A stretch of DNA of 64,000 nt from Oculina patagonica (GCF_052425735.1 NC_135769.1:30566001-30630000), one strand, 5' to 3'. Counted from the first letter of the stretch, positions 36,356 to 48,222 are shown. The notes: generated by a model not told the origin, from the letters alone. A program made the numbers and translations.

Positions 36356-39300
36356 ATGAGTACAACAGTCGAAAATAAAGAATCTACCAAAGAAGGTATG
36401 CGGTAATACTTGCTATGCAATTTCACAGTAATCTTCGTAAACTTAATTGTCGCTGGTTAGTGATAATTCCATGATCAGTTTTTCAGCCCTGTGCTATTAA
36501 GATTTAATCGACCCGCGCGATACACATTTCAGGAAGCGCATTGTTTCTGTAAGTCAGTTCTAGCTAGAGACGAGCAGACTTTCTTTCGGAACATGTCTGT
36601 CTTTATATCGATATCAGAAACGATTGACAATAACTTTGCGCTTTCTCTCAGAAGCGATCCAGCAGAAAATGGTAATTAACTAGTGTAGAAAAAGTGTGAA
36701 CTCGGTTGAAAATTGTTTGTGGCGTGATCTTTAAGCTTACTATTACCAAGAGAAAACACTAATCCAGAGCAAACATATCTAAAAAGCCGAATCATGTTGA
36801 TGAAAAAGTGTTTAGTTCAATTGCAGAAAAGCCGATAGAATAATGTAGTGGAAGTCGAAACTTTCTTTTTTATATATTAAATGTTATGTAGGTACACTAT
36901 GTTCAGCGCTTGTCCACAAAGAAAATTTTAATTCTGAAATTCCTTCAGTTTTGTTGTTTTAAACTTACAAATTTGCATGCTATCAAAATGACTGTAAAGT
37001 AGTTTACTAAAACAACTAAAACATTGAGTTATAGGAAGAGAAAGGGGCAGGAAACTAAAGGCAATACTAAAGCAATACTGTTGTCACCAGCAACAGTTCT
37101 TTTCAGAACTGCTCTCACCCGGACGATTACACTATACGAACAACTAATAGTATTTCAGCCCTTTATTTGTCAGGAAACATATGCATTCCGATAAGTCATT
37201 CATGCCTTAGTTTGCACTTCGCTGCAAAGTGATTCCAAACGTTCATTTAAATAGAGTTTCCTTAATCCCTAAATCCCAATTTGATTTGATTGCTGGCATG
37301 TTGTCAATTACTGTACGCGCTTACGTTTCACTTCTAAGCAATTTTGCAGAAACACTTTTTGTTCTCAAAGGTTTTCGTTCGTTGAAGTCTCCTTTTTTGG
37401 AACTTAGAAACTGCTCAATTCTGTTACCACATCTACGAAAAAAATTGTTGCTCATAAAACAAGTAGTTATCAAACAATTAAATTAAGTAAATTTAGTGGA
37501 AAGCCACAAGTATGTTTATGTTTTCTCAAGAACGCTGGATACCTTTGTGAAGTTAATAATAAGTAGATATCTTTTCACTTGTTGCCTTTTATTGTTTTTC
37601 ACGTTATTTGTCTTCATTTTATGATCTATCACTGTGCCAGAGACTTAAAAACATTGTCAGAAAGTGAAAATTTGATTGATCCTAATAACTTGACTATAAT
37701 TTACTAAAACAATAAGAAAATTCATTTAATTGCTTCCCTGCAATAAAGCTGAGGAATAAATTACGTCTACGATCGAGAAGGGAACAGTATTCTCGAAAAC
37801 AAAATGCAGCAGCACTGTATATCTTCTGTTTTAATTTTTGCCAGCATTGCCATCGTCTTTTTTTTCAGATGAGAGATCAAATTACTGGAACTTTGTCAAC
37901 AGTACCTCGGACTTTTTCAAATGGTAATTCATATCAAAGGGATTATTTCCCAGTTATCTTACAATTTGTTACAAACTTTTTTTTAATATAAAATAACAAA
38001 AGTAACTGATTATATTCTCATTTGCTTTTAATTTACTTTAGCAACTGGAAGTTAATTCTTCCTTTTTCTGTTGCAATTCTGCTGTTTTCTGCTACTTTTA
38101 TCACCAATAATGGCGTCACGTTTGCTGTTAACATTTGGGTATTTCCAAGTAAGTAATCTTTTTTCTGTGGGATAATGAATCACAAGAAAAGAGAAAGAAC
38201 TGATAAGAACACTATGTTGAATTTTTATTTTGCTAACACAGGTTTTGCTGTGCTCATGGCTTCCTTTGCGTGCTCAGCTGAGCTACAAAAATGGATTCCC
38301 GCAGGTAATTATTCGATGCTCGTACAACATCACTTGATGTAATTGTCGTTAGGAGGTAAAATATGCCACCAAATCTATTCTTTTATTGCGAACTATTCTA
38401 TTCTTTTAATGCGAACTAAAGTACATAGTAAATAAAACCCTTCAGGCGGCTGATATATTGAAGGATAATGTCAAGGCTGAAAGATTGTCCGAAAAATGAA
38501 CAGTTGGCCGAGAAGCAAAGCTTCGAGGGTAACTGTGAGCTCAATTTACACTCTATCTTATTTTACTACGAGAAAGTGTCGCCAAGGTAACAACTGTGTT
38601 GTCGATAATATCATGTCATAACAATAACAACAAATTTTAAAGAGAAACGAATTGTTTTAGCACTTGCAATAATTCAAATCTTTTATATTATTTTATTAGC
38701 AAGCGCTTTTAATTAGTCAAATATTATGAGTTCGTAAGTGTATATATTTATAACACAATATAAACTTTGCATTTCAATCTTTACATAGACTTCTGGCAAA
38801 ATCAGCGACCGCCATTTCTTCCAGTTGTGCCCTGTGCCCCTGCCCCACCTCCTCCACCACCGCGTGCCCCACCCCCTCCTCCCCCAAATACGGTAAACGG
38901 GCACAAACGGCAGAGGTTGGATTGCAGGAAACTGTCCTGGGAACAACTCAGCCCAGACCTCGTGAACAGGGACACGATTTGGAAAAAGGTATCTAACATT
39001 GTAAATTTGTATTTTTTATTCCAAACGTACGAAATTTTTAATATGAACGTAACCGAAATCCATGCTTCCTAACATACTGAACATTTTATTGTTAACTTGA
39101 TAAAAAGTGAAGGCGAGAAAATAACTTATTAACTTTTTAATTTAAAATTTCTTCCAGGTTAGAAAACATTTGCCTTTGGAAGGCATTTTTGACTCAGAAG
39201 ACATAATAAGAGAATTTTCGGTCATACCATCCACAGGTAAGCTATGTAACATGCTGGGTTTTTTTTTTTTTTTTACATAAAAAGCCATTGCACAATAAGT

Positions 39301-42300
39301 TAAGTTTTAAAAATACCAGGTAACTTATGAGAGTTTATGTACATTTCATCCGCCTTTGCTGATAAACTTATGAACTTTCGAAATAAATTAAATCAATGCA
39401 ACTACGTTGGAAAGTTTGATAATACGAGAAGACGATTGGCACAGACGAGTTGCGGCGTTTTAAAAATGGCAGGCATGCTCTCATGCTCGGGATACCTAGT
39501 AAAAATACTGCAACAATGAAAACCGAGCAAAGTCAATCATGAGATACGTCAATACAGCGAATGTTAGAGGGTAAAATCATCGCTGACTAAGGATCTGATT
39601 ACATGGCGAATCATGGCAGCCCCGGCTGAAATTTCAACCCGGTTTGCCGGGCTGAGATTTCAGCTCAGCTTCCAAAACAAATCGTCGTGAAAAGACGTTT
39701 GCGATTGCATGAAGAAAGTTTCATCCCGGGCCGAATTACCACCCCGGCTGAAATTTCCAGCCTGGTTTTTGAAACCGGGCTGGAAATCTCAGCCCGGGCA
39801 AACGGGCTGAAAAACCTCATGTAATCGCGTGCCAACCCCTCGTTGAAAGTGAGCTTACGGATGCGCAGTGATGGTTTTCAACGAAAGAAAATGGCTGCCC
39901 CGAATATTTTTCAGTTTTAAAAAGTGTTCAACCCGGGCTAAAATTCGCCATGTAATCGCAACAAACAGCCCGGCAAACCGGGCTGAAATTCGCCATGTAC
40001 TCAGGCCCTTATTTCTAAACAGGTATAATTGTTTTGTCCTTGATGCGATGATTTTCACCGATTCCCTAATGTCAAAAATAGTAACGTCGATGCATGAGCA
40101 TGAGTATGACAAACTGAATTAATTTTAAAATTACGGTACAAGCCTTGTATTTACTTTATAATATGTTCCGTGTCTTTTTCCTAAAGGAACCTCGCGAAAA
40201 AAAGCCAAACGAGAAAATGCCATGGACGAGAAAAAGATTTTTAACATCTGTAAGTATTGCTTCTAGAGGTTGGGTAGAAACTGACGGAATTGAGTAAATT
40301 TGAATGGCGACTTGAATAAAGTGAATAAACGAAGATGAGTTTTCAGGTCAAACTACGGAAAAAATTAAATTTCTGAGTAAAATTTATTAACGAAACAGAG
40401 GTTTTTAGACCAGGAGTTGTTGTTTGTTTTTCTTCAGGCAAAATTCCTGCCAGACACAAAAGGGCCAGGCTGTCTATTTTGCAGCGTAAAATTGCGAAAT
40501 GTTTGGAAGCAGGAAGCACATTTTATAGCAAATGCCCAGTGACTGTATTTCCATATGTCTATGAATCAGTTTAATATTGGTATTGTTACTTTGTGTTCAT
40601 TATTTCCGCCATGTTTTTCAGCAATCGTGTTGACGCATTACAAGCTGAAGGCAGAAGGAGTGGCACAATGTCTAATATCCGGGACTTCTGATTTGACATC
40701 TGATGTGCTTAGACAACTGTTGGCATTTGCCCCAGATGAGCGAGAGGTAAAGAGAAATGCCCTTGCTAGCCTTGCAAGTGCATGTTAATGAATGAAGTTT
40801 AGTGTTTTAATCGCTATAATACATACAAATGGACAATCTCTTGACAGTCGGATATTGAGAATCTTATCAGTCGGCAGTCTCGTTAATCGTACTATGCAAT
40901 TTTACTCTAACCCTGAGCCCAGGAAGAAAGTTCGCGTGGCCAAAATGAAATTGTTCCAATAATTATCCATTATGCAGTTTCTAAACACACAAGAGCGAGT
41001 CGAACGGTAAATGCATACATTTTCCTAAAGATGATACTCAGAATGAAGATAGGTGGTGATGCCGGGAACTTATAGAATACAGGGTCAGGATAGAGTATTC
41101 ATAATGTGTTTTTTCTTTTTAGGCAATAGCTTTAAGAAAACGTGAGAGGGAGAACGAGTTTTCACTCGAACCAGCTGAGCGCTTCTATCTTCAGGTATTC
41201 TAGCGTGAAAAATTGTAAATGTTAGTGTTGAGTCTAAAATAAAATGTTGTGTGTCAACCAACAGCGTTGAAAAGCAATTGGAGAAAAATATGAATGAATT
41301 TTCTTTTGGCAGATTGCGGCCTCGGTGCCTTCTTACAAAGAAAGACTTCGAACAGTATTACTTAAAGCACAGCTTCAAGAAAGGATCGCACAAATTAAAC
41401 CAGTAAGATACTTGAACTACCTACAATTTATCTTATTTGTAGATTACAGAAAGGAAGAGAGGATGATGATGATGATAATGTCGATAGCATTTCTCTCACG
41501 TTGACCGGAGGTCCCCGGTTCAAGACCTCCCCTTGCCACTAGCTGGATTTGTTTCTCGGTTGTCCCGAGTTCAAATCCTCGACCACGCTTTGTATATAGC
41601 CAACTGGTCTGCCTCCTGCCGGGCCTTGTTATGTTCATTTAAGATTATTTGTTTCCTCTGTTTCAGTGGCATGCCTGTAAACTAGCTATCTCGTTGAGAT
41701 ATGAAGCTGAGTGCATGACCACTATAAACATATATTTATATTTTATTTATTTATTTTTGTTGTTGACCACGTCAGTCACACTTAACCTGTTCATCGCGTT
41801 TTGATTCTGTCAATAAAGCGCCTTTCCTTTTTTGGTCAAATCAATCAAAGACGGTTTTGATCGTCATCGTCAATCTAAACACCTTTTAATTAATCGTCTT
41901 GTTTTCAGTTGTAGCTTTCCTCGACACAATATACGGCTTAAACTGGATAGGAACGAAGACCGACGTCTGTTTACCCGGACTAAATCATGTCCTGATTTTT
42001 TATTTTGCATTTCAGCATCTTGAAACAGTCATTACCGCGTGCCAGGAACTCATGTCCAGTGAAAAGCTCGCAACTTTTATTGAGGTATGGAAAATATGTG
42101 TAACACGTGCAGTCAAGTGTTTATCTGCCAAGTAAAATAAAAGATGCGTACTGATCGATGCTGCACAATTTTTTATCCATAGCTGCTTCTAACGATGGGA
42201 AACATAATGAATGGAAGCGAAATTTGTGCTTTTAAGATAACTTTTGTTACAAAGGTAAGCTTGACAGATTATGAGATGTATATATTAGGTATATACTCAA

Positions 42301-45140
42301 GGAGTGGATAGCGTTTTTGGCGCGCGCTGATTGGCTACTCAAACTCCGAATATCCTTTGTTATTATTCAACACATGCGCGCGCTGCCCAAATATGGTCAA
42401 AATAATAAAGTTATCTGTCATCCGTACATAACAGATATCCTGCGATATACGTAGGTTGCGAAGATTCATCCGAAATCTTGTAAAGCGCTACGTAATTACA
42501 GTTTTTCTATCTGCAAAATATGTTTCGTTGACAATTTGTTGAATAATAAAACAATTATCCTGCTTAATCTTGCGGAATATCGTCTGATTTTAGCCAACTC
42601 GGCCTACGGCCTCGTCGGCTAAGTATCAGGCGATATTCCGCGCGATTTCGCAGGATAATTGTTAACTATTCACCTCCGAGCAACGCGTGCGAGAAAATTG
42701 TGATCTTTTTACAAGAATAAACTAGTCAAAAATCATCCTTCGGGCTTTATCATCTCACTGTTTTAAAAGTATATACATACTTAAACAACTGCGGCTTCGT
42801 AAATATCCACCACTATAGCCACCTCCACTTCGATGAATAGATAGCCTGTTTGAGCAGGTCAGAGATTTTCCAATGATACTATTGCTTGTACTCTATACCC
42901 AGCTGATGGATTACAAATCGTCCGTGAACAAGACCACTTCAGTGCTGGATTACCTTACTAGGGTCATTATCACCAAATGTCCGCACATCGCAGCTTTAGA
43001 AGATGATCTTAGACACGTGAACCAGGCATCGCGAGGTCAGTAAAAATGAATTCTCATAACAAGCATTTATAAGGATCGACTTCAGTAACAGAAAGCAGAA
43101 ATCAAACTGGAACAAATCACAAATACATCAAGCCCACCAGCAACTCCGCACCACAACAATAACGACAGCAACAATAACAGTAATTGTAAAATTTATTAAC
43201 TATTCATGAGGGTGCAAACCAATCCCATGACTGTATTCAGATCACATGTACACAACTATAAACCCCAATACAAATCAAACAATAGAATTAACTTTTGATA
43301 CAGACTCCTGCTCAGCTAATTAGTATTCATTAACTTTTGATACAGATCTCTACTGATTCGCATAACAAAACTTTGCATTCAATTTATTGTTTTCATTTCA
43401 CAAGTAGAATAAAATATTCGCGTCTGACCTGTATGAGCGTTTACAACACTCGCCATTGTAAACGCCCATACAGATCTTCCGCTCATATTTTATCTACTGC
43501 ATAAATGTCTTATTTTTACTATACAGTGTTCTTTGGGATGAAGTTTTCTTATATTCCCTTTCAAATGATTTAACCAAAATTCAAGACCAGAATCTAACAA
43601 GTTACGAGTAGCTTTCAGTATATTTTGGACACTTCTTAAAATATAAAATTAAAAAAAATATAAAAGAACGTCAAGGTATTGAAAAATCATCGATTGCTTT
43701 CCTCTTATCGTTTGATTTGATTTCAGTTCCATTCAAGTCACTTGACAAGGAAATATGCGAACTGTCCACAGAAATTGAGGTAACAGCAGTGTATACCACA
43801 ACTCAATGTACTTGCATTTTTTTAGCTACTCAATGCATGTACATAACAAATGTACATAACAAATGTTTTAAATGCTCTTTCTATTAGGTTCTGGAAGAAG
43901 ACGTCGAGAAAATAAATAATGACTGCATAAAAGATGAAGGAGACTCTTTCCGCGCTAGTATTGAAGTATCCTTTCAGTGAACTATACCATCACGGCATGT
44001 GCTTGCGCAATGCGTTTGCTTTATAGTGAATACATGTATATTTTTATTACAAAATACAGAAACATTAGATATGTAATTCCAGAGTTTTGATTGGCTTAGT
44101 GCCACTGGATATGAAAAATTATACCATGCCCAACAAACATGGTCGACAAAAATCGTCTTCCGTCTCTTTGCCAAAACAAAATACAAGATTTAATAAATAA
44201 TAAATAATAATACATAATATTTTAAGAGGAGGCCTCCAATCACCTTGGGGTGGTTTTCAGGAGGGTCCTCTGAGAAAATAAATGTTAAACCTTAAAATAT
44301 ATTAAAATCTAAAAGACAATAAAAAGACAAAACCTATGCGGTATGCTAAAAAGATTAATTATAAAAACTAGAACAAGATCCTTTATTTAAGGATATCTAG
44401 TTGTTATTAAACAATTATTTCGCTTGCGGTTGTTGGAAAGAGATGATCATAGTCAAATAGGGGCTACTCGCCTCGTTGGTTTACCCTATCTACCATCTCA
44501 TATCTAACGCGCGCTCGTGGAATAGTTGCATGATAAAATCTGAAAAGTTCCGATCCTTGGAAGAGAAATAAACTGTAGTGATAGCAAGTCAGAATAATTC
44601 TTTGACAAACTCCTTAGCTATTTGCTGTCTCGGCAAAAGAAGAGCTTAAAGACGTGCTGTCGCTTCGGAAGAATGCCAAAAGAAAGTTCACCCTCCTTGT
44701 TCAGTATTTTGGTGAGGATTCTAGTAAGCCTGAAGAATTCTTTGGAATTTTCGCCACACTTCTTCGCCAGTTCGAGGTAAATTTTAATCAAAATTAATTG
44801 CCATGTGCTTTCGTTTCTTTTCAGTCTTTTCACGCAGTCTACACGCAATAATATCCTAAATGACTAGACTTATCTTGCATCAAGGCAATATACTCTTCAT
44901 GCAAACCACAGTTGAGCCCGCGATGAGTGGACTCGTGTTGATGTTATTGCCTGCAGAGAACATAATATCACACAACTTTTCGAAAATTATACCTCTGATA
45001 GAACGATAGGGAAAAAAACATTCATTCAGCTACCAACGGGCCACAAAAATGGATCGAGTCGAAAATTTATAACTAAATCGAAAGTATAAATGTTTATTTT
45101 ACTTTTTTCGTTTTAGGATGTGTTGAAGACGTACAAGTGA
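36356..45140 (+). CDS. Delphilin-derived formin with predicted N-terminal transmembrane hairpin (TM-TM-FH1-FH2), 17 exons, 493 aa
   Basis: Exons: 36356-36395, 37869-37923, 38042-38148, 38242-38304, 38789-38988, 39158-39236, 40187-40249, 40622-40746, 41123-41194, 41313-41402, 42016-42084, 42183-42254, 42903-43035, 43727-43779, 43888-43965, 44618-44776, 45117-45140. All are GT-AG and phase-compatible, total 1,482 nt, with no internal stop. FH1 is APAPPPPPPRAPPPPPP. FH2 motifs: KLSWEQL..TIWKK, FNISIVLTHYK, LLAFAPDERE, YKERL, MGNIMN, AFKI, LMDYKS, YFGE..PEEFFGIF. The FH1-FH2 exons are high confidence. The first four exons rest on splice signals and phase consistency only. Confidence 0.85.
39590..40008. 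mobile_element. Harbinger-like MITE with internal CCGGGCTGAAATTT repeats (intron 6 of the plus-strand formin)
   Basis: GGATCTGATTACATGGCGAAT ... ATTCGCCATGTACTCAGGCC inverted termini. Many CCGGGCTG/CAGCCCGG units. Confidence 0.7.
41500..41730 (+). mobile_element. 5'-truncated tRNA-derived SINE-like repeat (second family)
   Basis: B-box-like GGTTCAAGACC, followed by a body with a second GAGTTCAAATCC and a (TTTA)n-like tail. Confidence 0.5.
43966..44617 (+). other. U12-type (minor spliceosome) GT-AG intron
   Basis: Donor GTATCCTTT matches the U12 consensus RTATCCTT. Branch-site-like TTCTTTGAC at 44598-44606, 11 nt before the exon. No extended polypyrimidine tract. Confidence 0.85.
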
Positions 45141-46254
45141 AGAAACGAAAATTACTAAATAAAGCATTCCTCGAATGAAGAAAATTTTATTAAACGCGTA
45201 TAAAGATTAACATCCAAAAAGCTTCAAAATGATTCATTACTTGTAACTTTGAAAAGAGCAGTTTGTTTGGATATATCAAGATTGACCCAACAACTCTCTC
45301 TAAAACTGAATAAACTACTTTTGTTTTTTGCTCAAATATCATAATATTTAAACAATGTTTTATATCCCTTAAGTGTTTATGAAAAAAACGTGACGTGTAT
45401 AAAAAGAAGCAAATATTTTATACGATGAAACGATATTTACGGCCAAAATGCCAATATCCAATGAGTGTTCGTTTTGTAAATACTTTAAACTGAATAAAGC
45501 TTGAGTTATTAGATAACTTTGCACTTTTGTTTGTTACTGCTAATAAAGCAGGCTAAACTTCATGCGCGCTCAATCCAATGCGGACAAAATCCAAAAATGT
45601 GCAAAAACACAAAGAATAATAGGCTGGCGACAAAATAGTTCTTAAACAGGTGCTAAAGATTCCAACGCAGTAGTTAAAGAATTCTGACATAATTATGCAC
45701 ACAACTTTATTCAGTGTTTTCACCGTTTCCTATACACCTTCATTTCGCCAAAAATCCATATGAGAACTTTCAGTCCGCGGCGCGCCTTATGTATAGTATC
45801 AGCTACTGCTTGTATTTAAACTTCCCCAGCTTTGTCGAGTTAATAAATCTGTAGAGGGAGACTTTTACTAACGATGTGTATATAAGCGTCAAATACCCAA
45901 ACATTCAAGCATTGACTATATGCATATAAATGGTTAAAAAATTAGCATGTTCGACACGTTGTTTACATCTGGCACTTTTGCATTGATATGGTGAGAGGCC
46001 GGCGTTTGACTCCTGAATCGAGTTTGGGAGGCCAATAACAACAGCCGGACGCAAGTAAAGAGATTTGAGCTGCGCAAGACTTCGGTTGAAAATAAAATTG
46101 CAAATAAAATAAATCAATTCTTGAAACACATCTCTCGGCCCTTGAAGAATGATTAAACCAAAACAAGTTATGGGAAATAAAGGAGGTGAATCGTGCAACT
46201 TAAAGGTGCTATAAAACATGGAACGACAATTTTACCCTATACAAATCCTTTTAT

Positions 46255-46580
46255 GGTGATTGGTTAATTTAAGACAGACAACATGAAACCAGCCAATGAG
46301 AATCTTTCTTTTTTGCACCGTGCAAATCACGAGACGAATTCCACGAAGGAATGAATCAAGCCACATCGCCACTTATTCATCTTTCTCCCGCCAAAACGTT
46401 TGTGACGGTGATTGGTCACTTTATGACAAAGAATGATGAACAGCCAATCAGAAAATCTATTGAAGTGTCAAGACAATCATTTGCCACAGCAGCAGCCAAT
46501 GACGAGTTTGCGTTTTCTCCGTGCAGAAGTGACAGCTTTTTCCTGCACAATGCGCACGTGAGCTGGGGCCATATAAAGCT
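46255..46580 (+). promoter_or_regulatory. Histone H3 promoter: CCAAT boxes, E2F-like site, TATA box
   Basis: CCAAT/ATTGG at 46259, 46293, 46411, 46444 and 46496. TCTCCCGCCAAAA at ~46384-46396. TATAAA at 46572, ~120 bp upstream of the ATG. Confidence 0.7.
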
Positions 46581-46657
46581 TTGACAAACAATTTACTCTC
46601 TCACAACACCAAGAAGTCTTGTTCCTGCGCTTGTACTTCCAACAAAAACGTATTTGA

Positions 46658-47101
<444 letters not shown>

Positions 47102-47439
47102 TGAAGAAGAGCTCTTGGTATTAATTTTTTTTTGTTTGAGACTGTTTTGCTTTGTATATAGATTTGAATTTCGGAACTTTCTCAACTGTTTCAAATTTAC
47201 TCGATGTTACTTTACTAGTGTACTGTACAATTAAAATACAAGACTCGACGACTAGAAAATTGTTCATAGAATGATTTGTTTTCCTATGTAACTAAGAGAA
47301 CTTGTAAGATTGAATAGATTTTTGTAAATATGTATTGTAAATTAAACGCATGAATCTTCAGTTAGATGATTATCGCGGGAACGAGTTGATTTTACGACTT
47401 ATTCTTTGTACAATTAACACAAGTAAATTAAAAATTAGT

Positions 47440-48222
47440 ACTTCTCTATTACACGTGCAAAAAAATCGGCACGGCACGGCAAATTTTTGGCACCATGCTG
47501 ACAATTTTTGGGCACGGCACTCCCAATTATCGAAGTGTAAACGTACCGGTCCCAAAAAAAATGTGGCACCAGTGCCCAATTTTTTGGGGGTGCCGAGACT
47601 ACCTCAAGGAGGTAGTCTCGGCACGGGTAAATCGAGGCACCGTGCCGAAAACAAGTGTGACGCATGCGTTGTTTCCACGAAAATGGCGGCCACTGCGTCA
47701 TTCTCGCCCCAAGAGACTTCGTTTCTTTTAGTAACGTGGTCGGCGAAAAGAGTACAAAAAAGAGAAGTTCTGGGGGATGAGAATGCCACCGAGGCAGATG
47801 ATAAGAGAAAGCTCCGCTCTAAAAAAATCGCCGTGTGAAAGCTACTTCCACCATCACTGCAAAGAGCCATTTATTTTTCAATCTTCTTCTGATTTCGTCA
47901 ACTCCTTTCAGATGTCGATTTGTTTTGCCCCTGAACACTCTTCGATACGTTGAATGGTCGACAACTCGTTCCTTTCCGATAAAATTCGCGTTTTGCACTG
48001 AAAGCACGATGAACAATCACAGCAAAACATTTTCCTGCCATTTCTCGGGAAGAAAACCGATGGAAAGTAGGGGTGCCGATATAAAAATTGGTACCGTGCC
48101 TAGCGAGAGAAAACCTTCTTGTTTTGGTCGTGTAAATGGGTAGTGCCGTGCCGAAATGGTTTGGTCACGGTGCCAAAAATTTGCCGTGCCGTGCCGATTT
48201 TTTTACGCGTGTAAATGGGGTT
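47440..48222. mobile_element. Non-autonomous TIR element (Harbinger-like) with GGCAC/GTGCC repeats
   Basis: TTACACGTGCAAAAAAATCGGCACGGCACGGCAAATTTTTGGCACC is mirrored by GGTGCCAAAAATTTGCCGTGCCGTGCCGATTTTTTTACGCGTGTAA. Confidence 0.8.

Noticed and set aside
38242-38304. Phase-0 reading of exon 4 of the plus-strand formin (VLLCSWLPLRAQ...) using the donor at TGG|GTATTT
   Set aside because: It ends in phase 0, incompatible with the phase-1 acceptor of the FH1 exon (38789). The stronger GTAAGT donor at 38149 gives a fully consistent frame.
36356-45140. Plus-strand formin as a decayed pseudogene copy of delphilin
   Set aside because: 17 exons with intact splice sites, no stops or frameshifts, retained catalytic residues and an intact U12 signal despite strong protein divergence.
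47106-47117. AAGAGCTCTT palindrome just after the H3 stop as a histone stem-loop
   Set aside because: Lacks the 6-bp stem/4-nt loop GGYYCT-TTTC-AGRRCC structure and the downstream purine-rich element.
47350-48143. ORFs of 65-162 aa within the TIR element as transposase fragments
   Set aside because: No DDE or DNA-binding motifs recognisable; the ORFs run through terminal repeats.
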